DNA from: Malacoraja senta
Lineage: Eukaryota
Reading direction: 5' to 3'
NCBI GenBank assembly: GCA_038087875.1
Contig: CM075979.1
Span: 45,756,001 to 45,820,000, forward strand
DNA: 64,000 nt
The notes below the pieces were generated by a model. It was not told where the DNA came from. It worked only from the letters and a program-made list of their open reading frames with translations, and searched no databases. Made by a program: the position numbers and the translations under genes. Below are positions 38,445-50,509 of this stretch, piece by piece. Numbering within the stretch: position 1 is the first letter of the stretch; the number at the start of each line of letters is the position of its first letter.

Positions 38445-39257
38445 GTATGTTTCACATAGTCTCCCTTAGGGTCCTCCGTCTTCCCTCGGTTTGCGAGCTT
38501 CCATTTTATATTTATATGTTGCCCTACATTTCAACATTGGTTGATACAGCATTGAAATCAGCCCTTCGGCCCACTGAGTCCACGCCGGCCATCGATCATC
38601 CGTTCACACTAGTTCTATGTTATCCCACTTTCTCATCCACTCCCTACACACTAGGGGCAATTTACAGAGGGCCAATTACCCTACAAACCTGCACGTCTTT
38701 GGGATGTGGGAGGAAACCCACGCGATCACAGGGAGTTCAGGATCGAACCCAGGACTGTGGCGCTGTGAGGCAGCAGCTCTAACAGCTGACTTCATGATTG
38801 ATAAAAGAAGAATATTTCCAAAATGGCTGGATTCTGTACAGTGCCAGAATCCTGGCTTTGATCCTGACTACGGGTGATTTCTGTACAGAGTTTGTACATT
38901 CTGCCTGTGATCGTGTGGGTTTTCCCAGGGTGCTCCAGTTTTCTCCCTCACTCGAAAGATGTGCAGGTTTGAAGATTAATTGGCATCAATAAAATGTGTA
39001 AATTTTCACTAGTGTGCAGGATAGTGTTAGTGTACAGGGATTGCTGGTCGGCACAGACACAGTGGCCAAAGGGTCTGTTTCATTCCTTATAATAACAGTG
39101 GCCTTACACCAACATAAGGGCATATAGACTTTGTCTACTAAGCAATACAACTTCTCTCTTAAGAGTTCTACTTAAAACTAAAGGAATGCAGCAGACAAAT
39201 GCAGCATTTGTAACTACAAATGCATGACTCGTAACATGGGTCACTAATCTACATCAG

Positions 39258-39554
39258 TTTTGCCTCCTACCTTATCTCCTATCACAAGTGATCCAGCTCC
39301 ACGGCTACTGAAAGTGAAGCAAGCTGTTAATCTCTGTGTCTCCTTGACATCCTATGTTCCTGCTCAAATCCAAGTCAAGTGGCTTCTAGATGGGAAGCTT
39401 TGCCAAGCAAGGTGTGAATGCCCTCCTGAGATCACAGATGATGGTTTGTTTTCATCTAGTTTGAGCATAATGTTGGAGGCAGGAATAAATGATCACAGAA
39501 GTTGCATCAAATGTCCGGTGCTTCATGTGAAGGAATTCCAATTACTCTCTGAAG
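39258..39554 (+). CDS. Gene 1 exon: sixth post-TM, divergent Cys-rich C1-like domain
   Basis: catcag| and G|gtgaat, phase 1/1. VLPPTLSPI..NLCVSLTSYVPAQIQVKW..DDGLFSSSLSI..IKCPVLH. Confidence 0.7.
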
Positions 39555-39669
39555 GTGAATCTTACTCTATAGTGTTATGTTCAGCATGACATTTCATTAA
39601 AGTTAGAACTGCAATGTTGATGTTAGTGTAGAGATACAGCATGGAAACAAGCCCTTCGGCCCACCGAGT

Positions 39670-42600
39670 TATCTCCAGTTTGCTTCCAGTTCCTCGTGTT
39701 GGCGAAAGCAGGAACAGGGAGATACGGTACTTGTGCACTGGGGAACTGGTGCAGGGGGCAGGGATTTAGATTCTTAAATCACTGGGATCTGTTTTGGAGT
39801 AAGGGGGAACTGTACAAAAGGGACGGATTGCATCTTAACAGGTGAGGGACCAGCATTCTGGCAGGCAGGATTGCCACTGCTACACGGGTGGTTTTAAACT
39901 GAATAAGAGGGGTGGGGTGTCAAATGGGATAGTCGAGGACGGAGTTAAAGGGAAAGAGAGTAAAGGGATGGTTAATGACCTCAGAATTAATGGGAAAGGA
40001 AGCTCACAAAGGGATAGGAGAGTATGGCCAAGTGTAATAGGGATCGATGTGAAAGGTGAGATGCGTAAGGAATTAAAAGTATTGTATATGAATGCGCGAA
40101 GTATAAGAAGTAAAGTACATGAGCTTGAGGCTCAGTTAGAGGTTGGTAGATATGACATTGTGGGGATTACTGAGACGTGGCTGCAGGAGGATCGGGCCTG
40201 GGAACTTAATATTCAGGGTTATACATCCTATAGAAAGGACAGGCAGGTGGACAGAGGAGGGGGGGTAGCTCTGCTGGTGAGGGATGGAATTCAGTCCCTT
40301 GCGAGTGAAGACATAGGGACTGACGAGGTAGAGTCACTGTGGATTGAGTTGAGGAATTGTAAAGGCAAGAAGACACTAATTGGTGTTATCTACAGACCCC
40401 CAAATAGTAGCCCGGATGTAGGGTGTAAGTTGCAGCAGGAGTTAAAACTGGCATGTAACGAAGGTAATGCCACTGTGGTGATGGGGGATTTCAATATGCA
40501 GGTAGACTGGGAAAATCAGGTTGGTTCAGGATCCCAAGAAAGAGAGTTTGTAGAATGCCTCCAAGATGGATTCTTAGAGCAGCTTGTAATGGAGCCGACC
40601 AGAGAAAAGACAATTCTGGATTTAGTGTTGTCCAATGAACCAGATATGATAAGAGAACTCGAGGTAAAGGAACCGCTTGGAGGTAGTGATCATAATATGA
40701 TTAGTTTTAATCTGCAATTTGAGAAGGAGAAAGTTAAATCGGAAGTGTTAGTGATGCAGTTGAACAAAGGGGACTATGAAGGCATGAGAGGGGAGCTGGC
40801 CAAGGTAGACTGGAAAGGGATCCTAGCAGGAATGACAGTGGAACAGCAATGGCAGGAATTTCTGGGCATAATCCGGAAGACGCAGGATCATTTCATTCCA
40901 AAAAGGAAGAAAGATTCTAAGGGGAGTAGGAGGCAACCGTGGCTGACAAGAGAAGTTAGGGATAGAATAAAACTAAAAGAAAAGATGCATAACACAGCAA
41001 AGAGTAGCCGGAAGCCAGAGGATTGGGAAACTTTCATAGGACAGCAGAAGGAAACAAAACGGGCAATATGGGCTGTAAAGATGAAGTACGAGGGGAAGCT
41101 GGCCAGGAATATAAAGAAGGACAGTAAAAGCTTCTTTAAATATGTTAAGGGAAAAAGAGTAGCAAAGTCAAATGTGGGTCCCTTGAAGGCAGACACGGGT
41201 GAAATTATTATGGGCAACAAGGAAATGGCAGAAGAGTTGAATAGGTACTTCGGATTTGTCTTCACTAAGGAAAACACAAGCAATCTCCCAGATGTACTGG
41301 AGGACAGAGGATCTAAGGGTGTAGAGGAACTGAAAGACATTTTCATTAGGCGAGAAATAGTATTGGGTAGGCTAATGGGACTGAAGGATGATAAATCCCC
41401 TGGGCCTGATGGTCTGCATCCCAGGGTCCTCAGGGAGGTGGCTCTAGAAATAGTGGACGCATTGGTGATCATTTTCCAATGTTCAATAGATTCAGGATCA
41501 GTTCCTGTGGATTGGAGGATAGCTAATGTTATCCCACTTTTCAAGAAAGGAGCGAGAGAGAAAACGGGGAATTACAGACCAGTTAGCCTGACTTTGGTGG
41601 TGGGAAATGCTGGAGTCAATTATTAAAGAGGTAATAATGGGGCATTTGGATAGCAGAAAAAGGATTAGTCAACATGGATTTATGAAAGGGAAATCATGCT
41701 TGCCTAATCTTCTGGAATTTTTTGAGGATGTGACAAGTAAAATGGATGAAGGGGTGCCAGTGTATGTAGTGTATCTAGACTTTCAGAAGGCCTTTGATAA
41801 GGTCCTGCACGGGAGACTGGTGACTAAAATTAGAGCACATGGTATTGGGGGTAGGTTGTTGACATGGATAGAAAATTGGTTGGCAGCAAAGAGTAGGAGT
41901 GAACGGGTCCTTTACAGAATGGCAGGCAGTGGCGAGTGGAGTGCCGCAAGGCTCGGTGTTGGGGCCGCGCAACTGTTTACCATATATATTAATGATTTGG
42001 AAGAGGGAATTAGGAGCAACACTAGCAAGTTTGCGGATTACACAAAGCTGGGTGGCAGTGTGAACTGTGAAGAGGATGTTGGGAGGTTGCAGGGTGACCT
42101 GGACAGGTTGAGTGAGTGGGCAGATGCGTGGCAGATGCAGTATAATATAGATAAATGTGAGGTTATCCACTTTGGCAGCAAAAACAAGGGGGCAGATTAT
42201 AATGGGGTTAGGTTAGGTAAGGGGGAGGTGCAGCGAGACCTGGGCGTCCTTGTACACTGGTCACTGAAAGCTGGCTTACAGGTACAGCAGGCAGTGAAGA
42301 AAGCTAATGGAATGTTGGCCTTCATAACAAGAGGATTTCAGTATAGGAGTAAAGAGGTTCTTCTGCAGTTGTATAGGGCTCTGATGAGACCACATCTGGA
42401 GTATTGTGTACAGTTTTGGTCTCCTAATTTGAGGAAGGACATCCTTGTGATTGAGGCAGTGCAGCGTAGGTTCACGAGATTGATCCCTGGAATGGCGGGA
42501 CTGTCATATTGAAAAGACTAGACTTGTATTCACTGGAGTTTAGAAGGATGAACATAGAAACATATAAAATTATAAAAGGACTGGACAAGCTTTTTTTTTT

Positions 42601-43475
42601 TTAAATATTTTTATTTTATTAGAAGTAAGTACAATTGTATACAATCATATTTTCATAATACCTTTTATGTACAGCTTCTTATTTAAATTTTTTTTTGAAA
42701 TAAAGAAGAAAAAGAAAAAAGTTAGATAATGAAAAATAGAAAAATGTGAGATGTATAGTGTGTGAAAAAGAAAAATAAAGAATGAAAAAAGAAAGTTGAG
42801 ACATAGAAAATAGAAGAAAGAGAATAAAAGAAGAGAAGAGAAGAAAAGAAAATAGAAGGAGATCATTTATAATCTTGACCATCCGCAGTCACGGATTAGC
42901 TTTTACACCTGTTTTGCACCATATGTTTCCAAAAAGACGACAAATGGAGACCAACTCGTTATGAATTGGTCAAATTTATCTATTAGGAGGAATCGCATTT
43001 CCTCAAGATGTGCGGTATCCAACATACTTGCAATCCACATTTTGAGCGTTGGTATTGGTGTATTTTTCCAAAATTTCAATATTAATTTTTTTGCTATTAT
43101 TAAACCATAATTAAAAATTATGGACTGGACAAGCTAGATGCAGGAAAAATGTTCCCAATGTTAGGCGAGTCCAGAACCAGGGGCCACAGTCTTAGAATAA
43201 AGGGGAGGTCATTTAAGAATGAGGTGAGAAAAAACGTTTTCACCCAGAGAGTTGTGAATTTATGGAATTCCCTGCCACAGAGGGCAGTGGAGGCCAAATC
43301 ACTGGATGGATTTAAGAGATAGTTAGATAGAGCTCTAGGGGCTAGTGGAATCAAGGGATATGGGGAGAAGGCAGGCACGGGTTACTGATTGGGGACGATC
43401 AGCTATGATCACAATGAATGGCGGTGCTGGCTCGAAGGGCCGAATGGCCTCCTGCACCTATTCTCTATGTTTCTC
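39670..43475 (+). mobile_element. Long CR1 (end of ORF1 + ORF2), interrupted by an L1 fragment
   Basis: ORFs 39842-41626 (APE) and 41607-42512 (RT); 3' tail at about 43460. Confidence 0.9.
42591..43121 (-). mobile_element. 5'-truncated L1-clade LINE 3' end with poly(A) and 13-bp TSD
   Basis: GGACTGGACAAGC at 42578-42590 and 43122-43134; poly(T) at 42591. Minus strand reads IAKKLILKFWK..PTLKMW..EEMRF..FITSWSPF, as in L1 ORF2 C-termini. Confidence 0.8.
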
Positions 43476-45289
43476 TGACACACTAGGGGGCAATTCCCAG
43501 AGGGCCAATTAACTAACAAACCCACAAATGTACAAGATTCGGACACATACGATTCTTTTATTTATAAATATTGTTTATGACACTTGATAAATATTCTTGT
43601 TTTGTTGCTTTTGTTTTTTGTATGCTGTTTCACACTTGCTTTTTATATTTTTAATCTGTTCGAATAATAAAAAATAAAAAATAAATAAATCTTGAGAGGA
43701 ATAGATCGGGTTGTCGCATAGCGTCTCTTGCCCCGAGTTGGGGAATCGAGGACCAGAGGCCAATGGTTTAAGGTGAGGGGGATTTAATAGGAACTCGAGG
43801 GGTAACTTTCTCACACAAACGTTGCAATCAGAGGTAGTTGAGGCAGGGACTATTGCAACGTATAAGAAACATTTAAACAGGTATTTGGATAGGATAGGTT
43901 TAGAGGGGTATGGGGTAAATGCAGGCAGGTGGGTCTAGTGTAGATGCGGCATGCTGGTCGGAGTGGACATGTTGGGACAAAGGGCCTGTTTCCACACTGT
44001 ATGACTACGACTCTTTGTCTTTGGGATCTAGGAAGAAACCCGCACGTTCACATGGGGGAACGTGCAAACGCCACACAGACAGCACCCGTGGTCAGGATTG
44101 AACCTGGGTCTCTGGCGCTGCGCCACTGTGCCGTCCCTTCTCACTTCAAACTTTCCATTAGATTTATTTGATTGTCTCTTTCACAACAAAGTTTCACGTT
44201 GAACAAATTAGTTTTATTTTTTACTGGTGTTGTGAATAGATGATTTTGGATGTTCATTTGTTTAAAATCTGCTTGGGTGAGACACTTAGATCACTGAAGC
44301 AGGCCCTTCGGCCCAACTTGCCATTGTCAACCAAGGTGCCCAATCTGAACTAGTCCCACCTGCCCGCGATTGGCCCACCTTCTATCAATCTAGACTATTA
44401 CTAAAACTCTCATCTTGACCACTTCCTGTCTGCGTTGTATTAAATTTGCGCAAAAACGATCCCCCATAGCGCTACGTTTTTTCGCCACCTTATCATTCTC
44501 CTTTGCTGCGTCATATAAGTTTTGTCCCGATCGGTGAAATATTAGAAAACTTATTGGTCTGTTATTCGCCAGGACGGCGACGCCCCTTCCGGCACCCGCT
44601 GTCAATCACCGGCCGCGACAATAAAGCTGAAGGAGCGGAGTGAGCAAAGTGTGAACGGGGTCTTTGTTCTGCGAGTGGGGGCCCACACCCCCCCTCCCCT
44701 ACAGCCCGCCCCTCCCCTGCACCCCTCCTCCCCCCCTCCCCTACACCCCCCTCCCCCCTACCACACACGCCCATCACACACATACCCCCTGCTCCCACCA
44801 TCCCCCCTACCCCCACCTTCCCCCCTCACCCCACCCCCATAAGGTTGGAGGAGGTGCAGGGGAACCTCTGCCTGAGCTGGAAAGACTGCTTGGGTCCTTG
44901 GATGGGGTCGAGGGGGGAGGTAAAGCGACATGTGTAGCATTTCCTGCGGTTGCAAGGGAAAGTACCAGAGGAAGGGGGTGATTTGGGTAGGAAGGGACGA
45001 ATTGAACAGGGAATTGGTTCAGGTAGTCTTTGCTTTCGCCCTCCTTCCCCTCCCCTTCACAGCTCTCCCACAGCCTACTCTCTCCGCCTCTTCCTTTCTT
45101 TTTCCCACCCACCACCCCCCCACATGTGTGAAGAAGGGTCTCGACCCGAAACGTCCCCTATTCCTTCGCTCCATAGATGCTGCCTCACCCGCTGAGTTTC
45201 TCCAGCATTTTTGTCTACCTTTGATTTTTCCAGCATCTGCAGTTCCTTCTTAAACATCAGGTTTAATTAAGCTCTTTTTTATTCTGCAG

Positions 45290-45334
45290 ATAATGGCAAA
45301 ATGGAAAATGATGTCAATGAAGACGTCGATGAAG
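45290..45334 (+). CDS. Gene 1 candidate 45-nt acidic mini-exon
   Basis: T-rich tract + ctgcag|, G|gtaaaa, phase 1/1. DNGKMENDVNEDVDE lies in non-repeat sequence between repeats. Confidence 0.55.
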
Positions 45335-46119
45335 GTAAAAGTCTTCATTTCCAATAGTTACTGTATTTTGAATGTTTGCTTCAAGTAGAAATTTAGATCA
45401 TTACACATATTCCACATGTTTTCAAAACACAAAGTGCTGGAGGAACTCGGTGGCTCAGGCTGCATCTGGAAGGAATGTTTAGTTTAGAGATAGAGCACAT
45501 AAACAGGCCCATCGGCCAACCGAGTCCGCACCGACCACCGATCACCACACACTAACAATATCCAATACTCCAGGGACAATTTATAATTTTTACCGATGCC
45601 AATTAAACTCCAAATCTGCACGTCTTTGGTGTGTGGGAGGTATCTGGAGAAACCCCACGTGGTCACAGGGGGAATGTCCGAACTCCACACAGACAGCACC
45701 CGTGGTCAGGATGGAGCCCGGGTCTCTGGTGCTGTGAGGCAGCAACTCTACCGCTGCGCCCGTTATCTCTTCAAACTTTACACTAGATTTATTTGATTAT
45801 TTCTTTCACAACAAAGTTTCATGTTGAATAAAGTAGTTATATTTGTTACTGATGTTGACAATAGATGATTTTGGATGTTCAGTTGTTTAAAATCTCCTTG
45901 GGTGAGACACTTAGTCATAGTCATAGATCACAGGTAAAGGCCCTTCGGCCCAACTTGCCCTTGTCAACCAAGATGCTCCATCTAAACTAGTCCCACCTGC
46001 CCACGATTGGCCCATATCCCTCTAAACCTATCCTATCCATGTTCCCGCTCAAGTGTTTAATACTCTGACTTTGTAAGTGGCAATTTGATTTGACTAATGT
46101 CAGGTTTAATGAAAGGGAG

Positions 46120-46534
46120 ATAAAAATGCTGGAGAAACTCAGCGAGTGAGGCAGCATCTATGAAGCGAAGGAATAGGCGAGGTTTCGGGTCGAGACCTTT
46201 CTTTACTGATGTTGGGGGGGGGGGGTGTGGTGGGAAAAAAGAGGAAGAGGTGGAGACAGTAGCTGTGGAAGGGGAGGGGAAGGAGGGTGAAAGCAAGGAC
46301 TACCTGAAATTCGAGATGTCAATGTTCATACCGCTGGGGTGTAAACTGCCCAAGCGAAATATGAGGTGCTGCTCCTCCAATTCACTCTGGCCATGGAGGA
46401 GGCCCAGGACAGAAAAGTCGGATTCGGAATGGAAGGGGGAGTTGAAGTGCTGAGCCAGCGGGGAGATCAGGTTGGTTATTGCGAACTGAGTGGATGTGTT
46501 GGGGGAAGCGATCGACAAGCCTTGCGCTTGGTCT
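46120..46534 (-). mobile_element. Penelope-like 3' fragment running into a gap
   Basis: GIY-YIG C-terminal EEQHLIFRLGSLHPSGMNID and terminal hammerhead motif. Confidence 0.75.
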
Positions 46535-46734
46535 NNNNNNNNNNNNNNNNNNNNNNNNNNNNNNNNNNNNNNNNNNNNNNNNNNNNNNNNNNNNNNNNNN
46601 NNNNNNNNNNNNNNNNNNNNNNNNNNNNNNNNNNNNNNNNNNNNNNNNNNNNNNNNNNNNNNNNNNNNNNNNNNNNNNNNNNNNNNNNNNNNNNNNNNNN
46701 NNNNNNNNNNNNNNNNNNNNNNNNNNNNNNNNNN
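46535..46734. other. Assembly gap (200 N)
   Basis: Run of N. Confidence 0.99.
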
Positions 46735-47511
46735 TTTAGAAGGTTGCGGGGGGGACCTCATTGAAACTTACAGAATAATGAAAGGCATAGATAGTGGATG
46801 TGGAGAGGATATTTCCACTGGTGGGAGAGTCTAGGACCAGAGGTTAGTGCCCTCAGAATTAAAGGGCGCTCTTTTAGAAACGAGGTGAGGAGAAACTTCT
46901 TTAGTCATTGCCACATGTGGAGGTCAAATCAGTGGATATTTTTAAGACAAATTCTTGATTAGAACAGGTGTCAAGGGTTATGGGGAGAAGGCAGGAAAAT
47001 GGGATTAGGAGGCAGAGATCGGCCATGATTGAATGGCAGAGTAGTCTCAATGGGTCGAATGGCCTAATTTTGCTCCTATATCTTGTGAACTTTTAACAGG
47101 CACCAAGGATGTAGAAGTCCATCTGGTAATAGTTACATTTGTGGGAAAGAACTGCAGATGCTAGTTTAAATCGAAACTTGAATTTCGATTCTAAAGAAGG
47201 GTCTCGACCCGAAACGTCACCCATTCCTTCTCTCCAGAGTTACTCCAACATTTTGTGTCTACCCTGTTAATCATTACTTTAGTGACTTTGATCGCCAGCT
47301 ACCACTGCCTCAGGAGATCTTTGCAATCTGTGTGGCTTCTGGAATCTCAATCACATCAGAGTTGTTTATAGGTGGCCATACAGATTTTTATTCATTTCAC
47401 ACAGTAATTAAATATTATATCATTTGTATTTGCATAAGATGTTATTTTGAAATAATTTGTAATACTGAATGTATGTTCTATTTTGTAAACTCTTTAACTT
47501 TTGATGCATGT

Positions 47512-47517
47512 AATAAA
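47512..47517 (+). promoter_or_regulatory. Possible polyadenylation signal of gene 1
   Basis: AATAAA at the end of an AT-rich non-repeat stretch (about 47280-47530) that looks like a 3' UTR. Terminal coding exon not resolved. Confidence 0.3.
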
Positions 47518-48024
47518 TATTTTCTATCATTGAATGTGTGTGGATGTTTCATAAACCCCCAGAGATCTGAGTTGCTGTCATTGGTGGAGTCTGATATTGG
47601 CCCAGCTCTAAGCTGGCCACAGGTTTTGATTACCTGGTTTAATTTAGTTTAGAAATACAGTGTGGAAACAGGCCCTCCAGCCCGCCGGGTCCGCACTGAC
47701 CAGCGAACCCCACACATTAACACGACCCTAAAGACACTAGGGACAATTTGTACATTTATAACGCCAATTAACCTACAAACCTGTATGTCTTTGAAAACCA
47801 GAGCACCAGGGAGAAACCCACATGGTTACGGGGAGAACATACAAATTCCTTACAGACAGCACCCATCGTCAGGATCGAATCCGGGTTTTTTGCACTGTAA
47901 GGCAGCAACTCTGCTGCTACTGTGCTTAAAACATTGTGTTTTAAGACTAGCTGTATTTTAATAAAGGCTTAAAATGGAAACAAATAATAATTTCAGTAAT
48001 TGCAGCCAGGGCTAGATTAACAGA

Positions 48025-48680
48025 GAAAATAGGTGCAGATGAGGCCATTCGGCCCTTTGAGTCAGCACCGTCATTCATTGTGATCATGGCTGATCATCCA
48101 CAATCAGTAACCCGTGCCTGCCTTCTCCCCATACCCCTTGATTCCGCTAGTCCCAAGAGCTCTATCTAACTCTCATTTAAATTCATCCAGTTACTTGGCT
48201 TCCACTGTCCTCTGTGGCAGGGAATTCCACAAATTCACAACTCTCTGGGTGAAAAAGTTTTTTCTCACCGCAGTTTTAAATGGCCTCCCCTTTATTCTAA
48301 GACTGTGGCCCCTGGTTCTGGACCTGCCCAACATTGGGAACATTTTTCCTGCATCTAGCTTGTCCAGTCTTTTTATAATTTTATATGTTTCTATAAGATT
48401 CCCCCTCATCCTTCTAAACTCCAGTGAATACAAGCCTAGTCTTTTCAATCTTTCCTCATATGGCAGTCCCGCCATCCCAGGGATCAATCTCGTGAACCTA
48501 CGCTGCACTGCCTCAATCACAAGGATGTCCTTCCTCAAATTAGGAGACCAAAACTGTACACAATACTCCAGATGTGGTCTTACCAGAGTCCTATACAACT
48601 GCAGAATAACCTCTTTACTCCTATACTGAAATCGTCTTGTTATGAAGGCCAACATTCAATTAGCTTTCTTCACTGCCGTG
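48025..48680 (-). mobile_element. CR1 3' fragment
   Basis: ORF 48191-48655 minus, [26 protein letters not shown]. Confidence 0.85.
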
Positions 48681-50509
48681 GCGAGTGGAGTGCTGCAAGG
48701 TTTGGTGTTGGGGCCGCAACTGTTTACCATATATATTAATGATTTAGCTGGGGTAGGGAGGGAGGGGGGGGTAGAGAGGGAGGTGGGGCAGAGAGGGGTG
48801 AGGGGGTAGAGAGGGAGGGGGAGGCAGTAGAAAGGGTGGAGGGGAGGGGGTAGGAAGAGAGTGGAGGGGGTAGAGGGGGAGGGGGGTAGAGAGGGAGGGG
48901 TACAGGGGGAGAGGGTAGAGAGGGAGAGGAGTAGAGAGAGGGTAGAGGGAGAGGGGCAGAGAAGGAGCGGGGTAGAGACCCCACCCCATCCCTCCTCATT
49001 TCCTTCATCCTCCTCCCCTCACTCTCATTCCCTGTCCCAGGACCTACCCAGGTCGTAGAGCAGGGCCAGGTTCTCGTACTCAGCACAGCCCTGGCTGTAG
49101 ACTGCAGCCGTCAGCTCGCCAGCCGCATGGTCTCCAGTCCAGGCCCCGACTTCATCTCTGAGCTCGTCCCTGACCTCGGCTCGTCCTCGGTTCCACCAGC
49201 GGCTTCTTTATCGACGCCGGTCACAGCCCCGTCTCAAGCCCTGGGCTCGGCCCTCACTCCAGCTCCAGGCCCAACTCCAGCCCAGGCCCAGTCGCCGGGC
49301 TAAGCCCGCGGCAGCAGCTTCCCCACCGGGCCGCGTGCGGACGTGGACCCGAGGACCGAACTTGCCAGTTGAATGTGACGTCAGTCGGAATTTTTTCTAC
49401 AAAATGAGAGCTTGGAAAACTTTAATATTTTGAAGTGTGAGGGGGACTGTAGACGTTTAAACAACTCTCCCTACCTCCTCCTCTCCCTCAATCCCCCCAC
49501 TTTCCCTGATCAACTTCGATTTTTTCCTTCTCCGCCACTCCCCCCAATCCCTCCCTCACCTCTTCGTGCGGAGCCGATGGAGCTGGGCTTAAACGGCTCC
49601 GAGCCGAGCGTGCAGGGCCCGAACGGATCCCAGCGGAGCCGAGCGGAGTTGAGGAAGGGGGAGGGGGTAGAGAGGGAGAGGGAGGTGAGGTTGGTAGAGA
49701 TGGAGGGGGTTAGAGAAAGGGAGGAGACCGGCCTAGAATGCTTGAGTCCCCCTCCCGCGCGGAGTGACCCATCCTGCCTTGCGAGTTGATCGTGACGTCA
49801 GTCCGACTTTTTCCCTTCAAAATGAGAGCTTAGATTAGAAAACTTTAATATTTTGAAGCTGTTTTTAAAAGGTTAGAAACTTGTGAAATATAGGTTGAAA
49901 TGCGGCAGGATATTTATCCGATCCGTGTGTGTAGCATGTGTGAAAATGGGAAGGCTGTGGCCAAGCGTTTGGAAGAAGATAGAAATTAAGGAGATTAAAA
50001 GAAAGCTGACACGACCCTGTCCACACTGACACGAGAACAAAAGGAAGAGTTTTAGTTAAATACTAGACTAAGTGGGACGCGTTTAGGTCCCATTTTCACA
50101 TGGGACGCTTGGTCCCCCAACGCAATATTCCACCACTCGCGCATAGCCCCCAACTGCGCAGGTGCGGCTGACGGGTTCCCGCTGTGATGCCCCTGATCCC
50201 CCCCGTCTCCCCTCACTCCCCCCATTCCGCCCCTTGCCCATCACACCCCCCCCCCCCCATGCACTCACTCCATCCCCCCTCAACCCCCCCCCCCCACCCC
50301 TTCATTCACTCTTAGCGGCTCTCCGGCGGCGCAGCCATTCCTGCCCTTTGGGTTCCCATTGTGACGTAGAACACACAGGTATTACTGCGCAGACACAGCT
50401 GACGGGCACGGCAAGTGGAGAAGGGATTTATTAAAGCTTAAAATGTGAATAACTTAAAATATAACAACAATTGAAAGGTTAAAGATAAGATTTATTCAGT
50501 CTATTCTTT

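Noticed and set aside
13678-39554. IgW/IgNAR heavy-chain or TCR locus (V plus many C1 exons)
   Set aside because: The V exons are complete spliced domains including the G strand and end in phase-1 donors. No RSS, D or J segments were seen, the TM precedes the C1 array, and the motifs fit B7-H6.
24258-45334. ITIM/ITAM motifs in the putative cytoplasmic region
   Set aside because: The tyrosines inspected (e.g. ESYSIT, GLYHVA, SSYTLK) do not fit the consensus, and most lie in predicted beta strands.
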